Positions 27,033 to 37,564 are shown, numbered from the stretch's first letter. The stretch is DNA of 64,000 nt from an uncultured Solirubrobacterales bacterium (GCA_963702875.1 OY969768.1:875876-939875), one strand, 5' to 3'. Numbers and translations are program-made. Notes: a model not told the origin generated them from the letters alone.

Positions 27033-28511
27033 CTAGAGGCCCGTTTCGGCGGTGATCTTGCCGGATTTGACCGCCGCAGCCAGCTTCTGGTAGTCGCTTT
27101 CGTTCTGGTCGGCGTACGCCTTTGAGAACTCGACGATTGCACGGTCGAAGCTGTCGCCGTTGCCGAGGTACGCTGCGATCGCGATCCGGTCTCCGCTGCG
27201 CGCGTGCGCCCGGGCGAGCGTCCAGCCGCACAGCTTGCCGTAGGTGGCCATGCCCTTGGGGACCATCTGCTCGATTTCTGCCGAGCCCTTCCAGTCCTTC
27301 AGCTGCCGGCCGTAGAAGTCGCGCGCCTTGCCGTCCAACCCTGAGTCGATGTGCAGCCAGCCGAGGAAGATGTCGCTGCTGGCCTGCATCAATCGCTGGC
27401 CGACGACCACCCGCTCGCCGTGGTTTGAGAACTCGCTCGGGCCGAGGAATTCCTCCAGCACCGACGTCTCCGCCTCCTTCATCTGCAAGAACAACGGGTC
27501 CTGCCCATCACGGCCGAGCAGCAATGCAATATACGCCCGCGTGCCGACGCTCCCGACCCCGACCACCTTGCGCGCGAAGTCCATCAGCTCGAACTCCTCC
27601 AGCAGCACACGGCGATCGAACTCAAGCGTCTCCCGATAGCCGCGCAACAACTGGCGAAGCGCCTCGAACATCTGATCGCGCTCTCCGCCCTGGGCGAGCT
27701 GATCGATCGGCACGATCAGCGGCGACTGATCCACGATCCGTGCCTTCCCGTCGACGACCTCAGTCAGCTTCGAGAACGCCGCCATGCTGTCCTTCGTGCG
27801 AGCCTTCGCGAGATTCTTCTCGGTTCGCTTGACCATCTTCGGCTTGAACTGCGAACCGAACTCCTGGATCGCGCTGTCGACGTCCAGGTGCGAGTACCAC
27901 ACTTCGAGGGCCTTCATGCCGGCGAAGTTGGCCATCGCGGTGCGGTACTGCCCGACCGTGTCAAGCACGATCCGCTCCTGCTCCTTGTGGCGAAAACCGT
28001 TGGAGCGCGCCGCGATCAGCATGCTCACCGCGAGCCGCTTGACATCCCACTCCCACGGCCCCGGCAACGTCTCATCGAAATCGTTGACGTCGAACATCAA
28101 GCGCCGCTCCGGCGAGGCGAACACCCCGAAGTTCGACAGGTGCGCATCCCCGCAACACTGCACCGTCAACCCCGACCGCGGCGTCGACGAGAGATCATTG
28201 GCCATGATCAGCGCCGCCCCGCGATAAAACGTAAACGGCGAGACCAGCATCCGCCCGTAGCGGATCGGCACAAGCTCCGGCACACGCGTCTTCGCCTGAC
28301 GCTCCAACAACTTCACCGGATCAGGGCGACTCGCCGGCGCTTCGAACAGCGCATGATCCGCGCGCGGCACCTCAGCCCGCGCCGCCTTACCACGAGCAAC
28401 CCGCTCAGCCACCGACAAATGCGGAACCGCCGCGCTCTTCGGCTTCTTCCCTGGCGCGGCTGTCCCGCGCCTCGCAGCGGTCGTCCGTTTGCTTGAAGTT
28501 GTGGTCGCCAT
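27033..28511 (-). CDS. DUF2252-family protein
   Basis: ATG 28511 follows GGGAAGGAA. Contains ...LVPIRYGRMLVSPFTFYRGAA...CCGDAHLSNFG...DVNDFDETLPGPWEWDVKRLA..., as I recall for DUF2252. Confidence 0.6.
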   Translation of the reverse strand: MATTTSSKRTTAARRGTAAPGKKPKSAAVPHLSVAERVARGKAARAEVPRADHALFEAPASRPDPVKLLERQAKTRVPELVPIRYGRMLVSPFTFYRGAALIMANDLSSTPRSGLTVQCCGDAHLSNFGVFASPERRLMFDVNDFDETLPGPWEWDVKRLAVSMLIAARSNGFRHKEQERIVLDTVGQYRTAMANFAGMKALEVWYSHLDVDSAIQEFGSQFKPKMVKRTEKNLAKARTKDSMAAFSKLTEVVDGKARIVDQSPLIVPIDQLAQGGERDQMFEALRQLLRGYRETLEFDRRVLLEEFELMDFARKVVGVGSVGTRAYIALLLGRDGQDPLFLQMKEAETSVLEEFLGPSEFSNHGERVVVGQRLMQASSDIFLGWLHIDSGLDGKARDFYGRQLKDWKGSAEIEQMVPKGMATYGKLCGWTLARAHARSGDRIAIAAYLGNGDSFDRAIVEFSKAYADQNESDYQKLAAAVKSGKITAETGL

Positions 28512-28674
28512 CGCCGTTCGTTCCTTCCCTCGATCGGTTATCACAGCGGCGCGTGTCGCAGCCACCGATATTTCACAATTGTCGTATCAGGCTATGCTGC
28601 AGCGCGAGGCGGCGCATCGGCCAAAAAGGTTGAGATCACTCGCTGGCGCTCATCTGCAGGCCTCCTCGCCAGCG

Positions 28675-29772
28675 TCAGGCGGCGGTGCTGGCTTGTGGTG
28701 CTTGTGCAGGGACTTTGGCGGTGCGCTTTCGGAGTCGGTCTGCCAGGAACAGGACGATCACGGCGATCCCTACGCCGGCGAGCGTGAACAGGATCCTGCG
28801 TCCCTCGTCGGCAAGGTTGGATGGATGGGGCACGTCCATCGCGATAAGGAGGCCGGCGGCCACGGCTGCGGTGTACCAGGCGTAGTTAACGAAGCGGATC
28901 GAAGCAGCCACCGCGAACAGAACGACGACGATCACCTCGAGCGCGGTTCTGTTATCGACGGCCAGCAGGACGAGCGCAGCCACCGCGGCGCCCAGTACCG
29001 TCCCGACCACGCGCTGTACGGAAAAAAAGGTTGATTGCTGCAGGTCGGGCTTCATTGCAATGATGGCGGCGATGGGCATCCAGTAGGCGTTGGGCAGCTG
29101 CAGCCCGAAAGCGATCGCGACCGCGATCGACACCGCGACGGCGCGAATCACCGCAAAAAGGACTATCTGCCGGGTCAGCGGCCGCGGCGAGATATCCCCG
29201 GGGATCTCCGCGACAGGCTGCGGCGCCGCGACCCGCCCCCGCGCCAACCACATGATGAAGGTGTAAACGACCCACACTGCCGATCCGACGAGCCACGCCA
29301 GCGCCTGCTTCCACGGTTCGGTATGGGTCAAGCCGGAGCGGAAGGCGCCCGGATGGCCGAAGGCGATGAGCGTCGGCAGGCCGAGGACGAGAATGAACCA
29401 GATATTGAGGAGATGGGCCGCGACGAATCTGTGCAAGCCGTACTTCACCGCCAGCCCTCCGAGCAACGTGGCCACGAAAGCGGCCAGCACCACGAACCCC
29501 CACGGACCGCCGCCGATGCCGAACCCCAGGGCCGTCAGCAGTGCCCCGGCCGCGGCCATCGCAGCCATCCCCAGCACCCGGGGGCCGTATTTGCCGCCAG
29601 GGTCGCTGATGGCCACGAACAGCGCCCCGAAGAGTGCGCTAAGGAAGTACCTCCGCTCGTGCGGGAGGACGCCCACGACGATCATCAGCCCAAGCACGAC
29701 CCCCAACACGGCGCCTCTGCGCAGGTTGAATCCCTGCCACTTAACCTCGAACACTTTCTTTAGCTCGGTCAT
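28675..29772 (-). CDS. FUSC-family (fusaric-acid-resistance-like / aromatic acid exporter-like) membrane protein
   Basis: MTELKKVFEVKWQGFNLRRG...; about 10 TM segments. ATG 29772 was chosen over the ORF-track start at 29859. Confidence 0.6.
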   Translation of the reverse strand: MTELKKVFEVKWQGFNLRRGAVLGVVLGLMIVVGVLPHERRYFLSALFGALFVAISDPGGKYGPRVLGMAAMAAAGALLTALGFGIGGGPWGFVVLAAFVATLLGGLAVKYGLHRFVAAHLLNIWFILVLGLPTLIAFGHPGAFRSGLTHTEPWKQALAWLVGSAVWVVYTFIMWLARGRVAAPQPVAEIPGDISPRPLTRQIVLFAVIRAVAVSIAVAIAFGLQLPNAYWMPIAAIIAMKPDLQQSTFFSVQRVVGTVLGAAVAALVLLAVDNRTALEVIVVVLFAVAASIRFVNYAWYTAAVAAGLLIAMDVPHPSNLADEGRRILFTLAGVGIAVIVLFLADRLRKRTAKVPAQAPQASTAA

Positions 29773-30039
29773 ACTGTTCCTCTGTCTGTCTGGGGTGCTG
29801 CTGCGGCTGCTGTGGTGAGGCAGTCCGACCGGCGGGTTCCGGCTGCGTCCACCGGACACATCCTGTGCTCTTCCCGATGCCGATCTGAACCAAGCGGCGT
29901 GTCAGTGCGCGCACGCGTGGCGCTGGGAGGCGACCGCGTGATGGAGCCGTTGAAAGGTCTGAGAAACACGGTCGCCGCTTGTGTCGCTGCGGAGGGAGCC
30001 GGGGCGCTCTCACATCACCAAGCCAGCGGCCGCGCGAGA

Positions 30040-30729
30040 GCGCGCTGGCGAGAGCGGGCTGCTGCTAGGCGGGTAGCGCGTTGAGTTCCTTGGCGAGCTC
30101 CTTGCCGTCAGCGTCGATCTCCTTCTCCTGGGTCTTCTCAGCATGCGTCAGCGCCTTATCGAGCTGCTCCTGCAAGCGCGACTCACCGATCACGACCAGC
30201 GCCGCCTGGCCGGTATCGAGATAGTCGCCAAGCTCCTTAGCATCGCTACGCGACATACCACCCATCACATGCCCGATCCCCCCACCCGCCGCCGCACCAA
30301 CCACAGCCGCACCGAGGATCGCCGGCGGGAACACGATCCCCACCAACGCGCCAACCGCCGCACCCGTCCACGCGCCATGCTGCGTCGGCTTCTCGTGCTT
30401 GGTCACATGCACCTTACCGTCGTCGTCCTTGTACACCAACGCGACGTCATACGTGCCCACCAGATCAGCCGAATGCAGATCCAGCAACGTGTCGTAATCA
30501 GCATCAGCATCATCACGACCCGCATACACCGCCGCATACACAAACACAGGATTGTCCTTACTCATCGCCCTGCTCCTTTCCAATCATCCAAACCACAACA
30601 GCCACCACGGCAGCAGACAACACCCCGCTCGGGCCCAAACCTTCCCCGACGATGCCGCCACCGCCGCTACCAACAACCCTACGACCCCAAACCCCACCCC
30701 GCATCAGCCAAAAAGGATGAACCACACAC
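30040..30729. repeat. Copy A of a perfect 690-bp direct repeat
   Basis: Identical to 38778..39467 (offset 8738). Translations are identical in two frames on opposite strands, and I saw no mismatch in a line-by-line comparison. Confidence 0.9.
30065..30565 (-). CDS. DUF1269-like glycine-zipper membrane protein (copy A)
   Basis: MSKDNPVFVYAAVYAGRDDADADYDTLLDLH...GAAVGALVGIVFPPAILGAAVVGAAAGGGIGHV...; AAGGAG lies 7 nt before ATG 30565. Confidence 0.65.
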   Translation of the reverse strand: MSKDNPVFVYAAVYAGRDDADADYDTLLDLHSADLVGTYDVALVYKDDDGKVHVTKHEKPTQHGAWTGAAVGALVGIVFPPAILGAAVVGAAAGGGIGHVMGGMSRSDAKELGDYLDTGQAALVVIGESRLQEQLDKALTHAEKTQEKEIDADGKELAKELNALPA

Positions 30730-30878
30730 ACCCGCAAGGCCGCCTTGATGCAGCGCTGCGGTAGTTGCTCTGCTGGCCCCATGGTCGGTCACTCGGCCGC
30801 AAAGTGAGGCGCGAAATGGTAGCTGGCGAAGGCCCTCTCGACGCGCGACACCGAGCTTTCTACCTGGCAATCAGGCGG

Positions 30879-33245
30879 CTACGTTCGGGGTATGGCCGGT
30901 GAGCGAGGCATGTTGGGCGCTTCACCTTCGGACGAACCACGACGAACCGCATGATCCGTCAGCCAACGGCGATGCGGCAAGGCGACAGTCGGCATCTGGA
31001 CTGGCATCGTGGCCCTGGCTTCTGTCGATTCGAGGCCGGCCTGCTCAATGATCTCGACAGCGTCAGATCGGCCCGTGACGCCGAGCTTGACGTAGATAGA
31101 AGCGACGTGCGTCTTGACGGTCGGGCGCGCGAGGTGAAGCCGATCGGCGATGTCCTGGAGCGAAAGATGCGTCCGCAGGTAAGTCACGAGCCGGAGCTCG
31201 GCAGGCGTGAGTCCGTAGTCCTGGCCCCGCTTGATCCGCGCTTCGAGACGCTGTAACCGGGCCGGGAGCGTTCCGGCATCTGGGTACCCGTGGAGTGCGT
31301 CGTCCGCGATCTGCGCATGTTCGAGAGCGCCGACAACGTCACCGAGGTCGAGGCTGATGTCGGCGCAGCGCAGCGCGAGATCGGCGTTGAGCCACGGGCC
31401 CGTGCGGAGCAGTGGGCGCAGCCGCCGAACGTTCTCGAGCTGGCGCGCGGCCTCGGTCTGGTCACCGCGTTGGTTGTGCGCGAGCGCTCCCGCCGCGTAG
31501 CCGACGGCACCGTAAATTGTGTCGTGTAGGTGGTGCTGGCCGACCAGCCAGCCCGCTTCGATCGCCCATCGTTGCGCATCTCGCCGGTCGCCCACCTCGT
31601 TGGCCGCGAAGACGAGATAGCCGAGAGTGAAGACCCTCGTGTGGCTGAGATCGGGTCGGTCGCTCGAAATCGCCAGTGAATCTCGCAGCGCGTCGATTGC
31701 CTCGTGCGGTCGGCCCAGGAGAAGGTAAGCCGCGCCCATCGCGCGACGGGCGCTGAGGAGCCATCGAGTCCCCATCTTCTTCTCATACGCGTAGCCCAGC
31801 TCGGCATCACGCAGCATCTGCGGGATGCCGTCCGGCGCCATGGAGCTTCGGAGGTTGGCAAGTGCCGAGCGAAACGAAGACGCCCCGTCGGTGGATGCCA
31901 GAGGGAGCGGGGCCCGCTCGGCCGCAACCAAGAACCGCCTGGCCCGGGCCGCATCGCCAAGGTACCCGAAGACCCACGCAGCCGCGATAGCCAGCTGTGG
32001 ATCTGACTCGATCTCTCCGTCGGTGCAGCGGTTCAGCCACAACCGCAGACTTTCGATCTGTCCACGGCTGGCAAGCTCGTCCCGACACGCGAGAGCGATT
32101 CGGCCGGCGTGACCGAGATCGCCGCCCTCATGGGCGTAGGCGAACGCCTCGCCTGGCGATTCGTGTCGCTCACACCAATCTGCTGCCCGTCGGAGGTACA
32201 CGGGGAGGAGTTCCGGGTGGCCCCGCTTGAGCTCCGCGCGGAGGAGATCGCTGAACAGATGGTGGTAGCGATAGCGCTCGCGGTGATCGTCGAGCGAGAC
32301 CACGAAGGCATTGGAACGTGCGAGCTCCTCGAGCGAACGAGCCGCGTCGTCTGTGCCGAGCACGGCATCGCACAGGGGCGCGGTCATCTGATCGAGGATC
32401 GACGTCCCTAGCAGGAATCGCCTCAGATGATCCGGCTGGCGCTGCAGTACCTCTTCGACGAGGTAGTCGGCGATCTGCTGCTGATCGCCGGACAGGCCGG
32501 CGGCCTTCTCCGTGGCGTCGTCGCGGCCGCGCAGCGCCAGCGTGGCCAGCGCAACCGCGGCGGCCCATCCCTCCGTTCGCTCGCACAGGGCCTCGGCTGC
32601 CGCCTGTGACAGCTCCAGTCCTCGGCTCGCGGCCACATGACGGGTCTCCGTCGGATCCAGGGCAAGTAGCTCGCTCCCGATCTCCACCAGATCCCCACTT
32701 GCGCGCAGCCGGCCGAGCGGCACAACCGGATCGCCGCGCGTGACCAAGATCAACTGACAGCCGGATCGAACCTGATCGACTAGATGCGCGAGGATCGCAC
32801 GGCTCTCCCCAGCCGTTATGACATGTACATCGTCCAGCACCAGAACGAACGGATCGCGCTCGCCGAGGTCGGCCGCAAGGAGAGGAATGACAACTTCATC
32901 GATCCTGGGCATCCGTCCCGACAGCTCCTTCAGGAGTTCACTGCAAACCGGGCCAGTGCGCTCGAGGGCCGCCACTAAGCGGGCCAGCAGAACGACGGGG
33001 TCATTGTCGCGCGGGCCGAGCTGCACCCATGCGCTGGCCCTCGGATCCAGGTCACTCCACAGCGCGACAAGGGTCGACTTCCCGTAGCCGACCGGCGCAG
33101 AAACCAGCACCACCCGGCTGCGCTCGGCGACCGCCTGCAGCGAGGCGAGGCGAGGTCGGGCCACCGCCCGAGGCAGGACGGTCGGAACTCGACGCTTTGT
33201 CCGCGGCAACGGTGGCCTGGTCTCGGAAGACGCAACGCTACTCAT
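30879..33245 (-). CDS. Large ATP-binding LuxR-family (LAL/MalT-like) transcriptional regulator
   Basis: Walker A VSAPVGYGKSTLV, a long TPR-like middle region, and a C-terminal HTH LTPAELRLVTYLRTHLSLQDIADRLHLARPTVKTHVASIYVKLGV. ATG 33245 was chosen. Confidence 0.8.
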   Translation of the reverse strand: MSSVASSETRPPLPRTKRRVPTVLPRAVARPRLASLQAVAERSRVVLVSAPVGYGKSTLVALWSDLDPRASAWVQLGPRDNDPVVLLARLVAALERTGPVCSELLKELSGRMPRIDEVVIPLLAADLGERDPFVLVLDDVHVITAGESRAILAHLVDQVRSGCQLILVTRGDPVVPLGRLRASGDLVEIGSELLALDPTETRHVAASRGLELSQAAAEALCERTEGWAAAVALATLALRGRDDATEKAAGLSGDQQQIADYLVEEVLQRQPDHLRRFLLGTSILDQMTAPLCDAVLGTDDAARSLEELARSNAFVVSLDDHRERYRYHHLFSDLLRAELKRGHPELLPVYLRRAADWCERHESPGEAFAYAHEGGDLGHAGRIALACRDELASRGQIESLRLWLNRCTDGEIESDPQLAIAAAWVFGYLGDAARARRFLVAAERAPLPLASTDGASSFRSALANLRSSMAPDGIPQMLRDAELGYAYEKKMGTRWLLSARRAMGAAYLLLGRPHEAIDALRDSLAISSDRPDLSHTRVFTLGYLVFAANEVGDRRDAQRWAIEAGWLVGQHHLHDTIYGAVGYAAGALAHNQRGDQTEAARQLENVRRLRPLLRTGPWLNADLALRCADISLDLGDVVGALEHAQIADDALHGYPDAGTLPARLQRLEARIKRGQDYGLTPAELRLVTYLRTHLSLQDIADRLHLARPTVKTHVASIYVKLGVTGRSDAVEIIEQAGLESTEARATMPVQMPTVALPHRRWLTDHAVRRGSSEGEAPNMPRSPAIPRT

Positions 33246-33953
33246 CGTTCCGCCCTCGACGCCTCCCCGTTTCGCTGGCCAGAGCGACTTCGGGGCAGGC
33301 CCGCCACTCGCAGGTCTTAGACGCCGACATGAAGCCGCGGTGTCGGCGCAGGCGCGACCCGCACGCCACCTGGCGCTCAATCGTCTTGACGACAAACGCG
33401 CGCATGCCCATCGACGCGCTCTCATTCGGGGCCGCGCTCACAGTCGGGCGCGACCGCGCCAATATCTCGGACAAGTCGTCTCCTCTCGCGACCCAGGTCC
33501 CATTACCTAGTCTCAGCAAAGACGGTCCGCCGCATCAGGAGATGCCACTTCTCGCTGCCCAATCATCTGGACACCACCCAGCGTACCTGAGCCTGAAAGG
33601 CCGAGGATCCGTAAAAAACCCCGATAGAAACGGTGGAGAAGCTGCGGAGTCGGCGGGGCGTCGAACCGGCGCCGCGGCTCGGGCGCGATCGCGACCTATT
33701 CGCCCCTCAGAACGACCGGCGGTTGCCGGCAAACGGCTGCGGGCAAGCGCTTGCTCGAGTGGACCGAGGCGTCGCAGGCGACGACGACAACTTCCGGTCT
33801 ACCTCACGAGCGCCCACGGCGCCGCCGTGGGCCACCGGCTCAACTCAGGCGAGCGGGTTGTCACAGCGATATCAGCCAGATTGGCCGATAACGAATCGAC
33901 CGCCCGCGGCGTACCGTGACAGCACTATTACCGCCCAGCCGAAGCCGCCGAAC

Positions 33954-34325
33954 ATGAAGAAGTCACGTAAGACTGTTTCGTTGACGCCTGCCGAGACGCG
34001 CGTCCTGGCGCTCCTTACCACGTATCAAACGCTCGCTGGCATCGGCAGCCAGCTCGGCATCGCCCGTCCCACCGTGAAAACGCACGTCCAGAACATCTAC
34101 AAGAAACTCGGGGCCACCAAACGAGCCGAAGCAGTGAAGCTAGCTGAGAGCGCGGGCCTCCTGCCGGCCGGCGCCGGGCTGCTGAGCGGGAGGGATCCCG
34201 GGACGGCGTTGAGGCAGCGACGTGGGCTGCACGATCCGCGAAAGCGGGGCGGGCAGGTCGAAATCGAGCCGGAGACGGGCGAGCTCGACCGCTCATCGGT
34301 TGAGAGGAGTTGGGCGGGGAGATGA
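33954..34325 (+). CDS. Small GerE/LuxR-type HTH protein (stand-alone DNA-binding domain)
   Basis: MKKSRKTVSLTPAETRVLALLTTYQTLAGIGSQLGIARPTVKTHVQNIYKKLGATKRAEAV. The C-terminal tail is uncertain. Confidence 0.6.
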   Translation: MKKSRKTVSLTPAETRVLALLTTYQTLAGIGSQLGIARPTVKTHVQNIYKKLGATKRAEAVKLAESAGLLPAGAGLLSGRDPGTALRQRRGLHDPRKRGGQVEIEPETGELDRSSVERSWAGR

Positions 34326-35983
34326 CTTCCCAGGCGCATGTTCAACCGTCTGTGGGGGCGGGGGCCGCGGCAAAGAGCGCCGGCGCTGCGAAGATCGCCT
34401 TGATCACCCTGGCGGCCGGGCAGTTCGTGATGGCGCTGGACACGACGGTGATGAACACGGCGATCGCGACGGTCGCCAAGGACGTCGGAACGACGGTGAC
34501 CGGGATCCAGACCGCGATCACGCTCTACACGCTCGTGATGGCGTCGCTGATGATCACCGGCGGGAAGATTGGTCAGATGATCGGGCGCAAGCGCGCGTTC
34601 GCGATCGGATGCGTGATCTACGCCTGCGGCTCGTTGACCACCGCACTGTCGCATAGCCTGGTGGTGCTGATGTTCGGCTGGTCGTTCCTTGAGGGCTTGG
34701 GGGCGGTGCTGATCATGCCGGCGATCGTGGCGCTGGTGGCGTCGAATTTCGCAAAGCCCGAGCGTCCCCGCGCCTACGGGCTGGTCGCCGCTTCCGCCGC
34801 GATCGCCGCGGCACTCGGGCCGCTGATCGGCGGCATCTTCACCACGTACGCTTCGTGGCGATGGGTGTTCGTCGGGGAGGTGCTGATCGTGCTCGTCATC
34901 CTCGCCCTAGCCCGCCGCATGAACGACACGCCCGCGGAGGAGGGAGCCCGGCTGGATCTGGTCGGCACGGCTTTGTCCGCGCTCGGACTCGGTGCGATCG
35001 TGTTCGGGATCCTGAAGTCGGGGACATGGGGCTTCGTTAGATCGAAGCCGGACGCTCCGGAGTGGCTCGGACTCTCCCCCGTGATCTGGCTGATGTTCGC
35101 CGGTGCCCTGGTACTGGTCGGGTTCGTGTGGTGGGAGGGCCGGCGCATCAAGCGCGGCGAGGGCGTTCTGGTCGAACCCGCGATGTTGCGCAACCTCCAG
35201 CTCCGCAGCGGGGTCATGTCGTTCCTGTTCATGTTCCTGATCCAAGCCGGCATCTTCTTCACCGTCGCCCTGTTCCTGTCGGTCGCGCTCGGAATCTCGG
35301 CGGTCCAAACCGGCGTCCGGCTGCTGCCGCTCTCGCTCTCCCTGCTCCTGTTCGCCATCGGCGTCCCCAAGCTGCGTCCCAACGCGAACCCGCGGCGAGT
35401 CGTCCGCGTCGGCTTCATGCTGCTGTTCGCGGGTCTCGTCTTGCTGGTCGCGTTGCTCGACGTCGGCGTCGGCCCCGAGATCGTGACCTGGCCGCTGCTG
35501 CTCGCCGGCGCCGGCCTCGGCGCGATGGCCTCGCAGCTAGGCAGCGTGACCGTCTCAGCCGAGCCTGACGAGAAGAGCGGTGAGGTCGGCGGGCTCCAGA
35601 ACACCGGCACCCAGCTCGGCGCCTCGATCGGCACCGCCCTCGCAGGCGCCGTGCTCATCTCCGCGCTGACAGCGGCGTTCCTCGCCGGCATCCAGAACAA
35701 CCCCAACGTTCCCTCCAGCGTCGTCTCGAAGGCAAAGACGGAGCTCGCAAGCGGGGTGCCGTTCATGTCCGAGGCCGACGTCAAGGCCGCGCTCTCCAAG
35801 GCGAACGTGCCCGCCGCGACCGCCAACGAGATCATCAAGGTCAACAAGCAGAGCCAGATCGACGGGCTACGCACCGCGGAGGCCATCCTCGCACTCCTGG
35901 CGCTCATCGCCCTCCCGTTCACTCGAGGGATCCCGACCGTGCAACCCGGCGCCCAGACGAAACCCACGGCAGCGACCGGATAG
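34310..35983 (+). CDS. MFS transporter, DHA2 (EmrB/QacA-like, 14-TMS type)
   Basis: ~550 aa with many TM segments. LITLAAGQFVMALDTTVMNTAI and GGKIGQMIGRKRAF (motif-A-like). Alternative ATG at 34322. Confidence 0.8.
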   Translation: MGGEMTSQAHVQPSVGAGAAAKSAGAAKIALITLAAGQFVMALDTTVMNTAIATVAKDVGTTVTGIQTAITLYTLVMASLMITGGKIGQMIGRKRAFAIGCVIYACGSLTTALSHSLVVLMFGWSFLEGLGAVLIMPAIVALVASNFAKPERPRAYGLVAASAAIAAALGPLIGGIFTTYASWRWVFVGEVLIVLVILALARRMNDTPAEEGARLDLVGTALSALGLGAIVFGILKSGTWGFVRSKPDAPEWLGLSPVIWLMFAGALVLVGFVWWEGRRIKRGEGVLVEPAMLRNLQLRSGVMSFLFMFLIQAGIFFTVALFLSVALGISAVQTGVRLLPLSLSLLLFAIGVPKLRPNANPRRVVRVGFMLLFAGLVLLVALLDVGVGPEIVTWPLLLAGAGLGAMASQLGSVTVSAEPDEKSGEVGGLQNTGTQLGASIGTALAGAVLISALTAAFLAGIQNNPNVPSSVVSKAKTELASGVPFMSEADVKAALSKANVPAATANEIIKVNKQSQIDGLRTAEAILALLALIALPFTRGIPTVQPGAQTKPTAATG

Positions 35984-36028
35984 GTCACGATCGCTCAAGG
36001 GCACCGAGAGGTCTCGCACAGCACCAGC

Positions 36029-36619
36029 ATGCGGTCCCATCGCGCCACCGACTCGTTCACGGGACTCTCAATGTCGCAGGCCGCGCTCGAGTTCGCCTGT
36101 GCCCGCCACGCCAATCAGTACCGGGAGATCGACCACGCACCCTTCATCATCCATTCGATCGAGGTTGGATCGCTCCTGCACGGCGATGGGCAGCCAGACG
36201 AAGTCATCGCCGCCGGGTTGCTTCATGACCTGCTCGAGAAGACCCAAACCACGGGCGCGGAGCTTCAGCGCCGCTTCGGAGCCTCCATCGCCACGCTTGT
36301 CGAGTCGGTCTCAGACGATCCATCGATTGACGATTACGCGTCACGCAAGCACGAGCTACGCGATCGCATAGAGCGCGCCAGCTCCAGGACGGTCGCGATC
36401 TTCACCGCCGACAAGATCTCCAAAGTCCGGGAGCTCGCGCTCCTGCCAAGCTCGAGCCTTGACGAAACCACGACCCGCACCAAGCTCGCCCATTACCAGG
36501 AGAGCCTCAAGATGCTTCGCAGAGTTGCCGGGAAAAGCGCCCTCGTCGACCTTCTTGACGCCGAACTCAACCGGCTGCGGCGCAAGCAGTCACCAGAACT
36601 CGCTGACGGCGCAACCTAA
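36029..36619 (+). CDS. HD-domain protein resembling the SpoT/RelA hydrolase domain (small alarmone hydrolase-like)
   Basis: ARHANQYREIDHAPFIIHSIEVGSLL...EVIAAGLLHDLLEKTQTT...RFGASIATLVESVSD. Alternative start at 36071. Confidence 0.6.
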   Translation: MRSHRATDSFTGLSMSQAALEFACARHANQYREIDHAPFIIHSIEVGSLLHGDGQPDEVIAAGLLHDLLEKTQTTGAELQRRFGASIATLVESVSDDPSIDDYASRKHELRDRIERASSRTVAIFTADKISKVRELALLPSSSLDETTTRTKLAHYQESLKMLRRVAGKSALVDLLDAELNRLRRKQSPELADGAT

Positions 36620-36755
36620 GGCACTGCAGGCGCGAAGCGCATCAAGCCGCGAGCTCGCACAATCGGGACAGTCAGCGGGTCGTCTTCGGGCGCTGGCGGG
36701 ACGGTCCGTGTCTCGTGTCGGCTCCTGGAGGTGCCGCATGGACGGCGTTCGACCT

Positions 36756-37325
36756 TCAGCCGCTCGGCAGCGTGGCGGGGCCGCGCGTCCGGTGCTCGTG
36801 CATCGGTTTGCTTTCCATCACCGTGGGGCGCTTGTCCGCGGCGGTTCGGTACCAGTTGGCGTAACGACTCACCAGTGGCGCCGCCGAGAGCCCGTGCACG
36901 AGCACCGAGAGGCCGACCGTCAGGTAGGTGGCCGCGACGATGGTTGAGGCGTGAGCGAGATGAGCATCCTCGACCATCACCGCGAACACGATCGACGCGA
37001 GCCCACGTGGGCCGAACCAGCCGATGAACGCCACCGTCGGACCCAGCGCGTGAGTGCCCCAAAGCGAGATCGCCACCGGCAGCATCCGCACGATCGTCAA
37101 GCTGAGCACGGCATACAGCGCAATCTGCCAGCTCAAGTGCTCGAACACCGGGCCGAGCAGCACGGCACCGAAGACTAGGAGCGTGACGCTGTCAAGCGCC
37201 GCCCCGGTCTCCTCGGTGAAACGCATCATCGTTGCGAGGTTCTCGCGGGCGATGAGGCCGAACAGCGAGCCGGCAACGAACGCAGCGATGAACCCCGACC
37301 CCCCTAGGTCGACCGCGATCCCGTG
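36756..37325 (-). pseudogene. C-terminal fragment of a CPA1-type cation/proton antiporter
   Basis: ...GIAVDLGGSGFIAAFVAGSLFG...VAFIGWFGPRGLASIVFAVMV... Only the last TM helices are present. Coding-like sequence stops near 37325; upstream is Arg-rich noise. Confidence 0.55.
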
Positions 37326-37564
37326 CCGCGCGGATCGCCGCCTTAGCCGCCGTCGGTGCGCCTGCGGCGTCGTATCTTGTCCACGTCCGCCCTGCGATGG
37401 ATGCAGGTGTCACCGTGAAGCAGATCCAGGACATCCTGATTGCCGTCGCTCCGATCGTCGGCACGCCGCGTACTATGGACGCTGCCCTGAACGTCGCCGA
37501 GGCGCTGGGGATCGTCATCGCCGTACTCGAGGACGAACTCGAGGCTGAGGAGGAGGCGGAGTAG
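37322..37564 (+). pseudogene. C-terminal fragment of a carboxymuconolactone-decarboxylase (AhpD-like) family protein
   Basis: The in-frame reading ...ARIAALAAVGAPAASYLVHVRPAMDAGVTVKQIQDILIAVAPIVGTPRTMDAALNVAEALGIV...EEEAE with stop at 37562-37564 resembles the C-terminal half of CMD-family proteins. There is no N-terminal half. Confidence 0.45.

Noticed and set aside
26631-28565. A holin-like four-TM protein as a sign of a prophage.
   Set aside because: There is no endolysin, terminase, capsid, tail or integrase gene anywhere nearby. This protein family is also common as a chromosomal stress or membrane protein.
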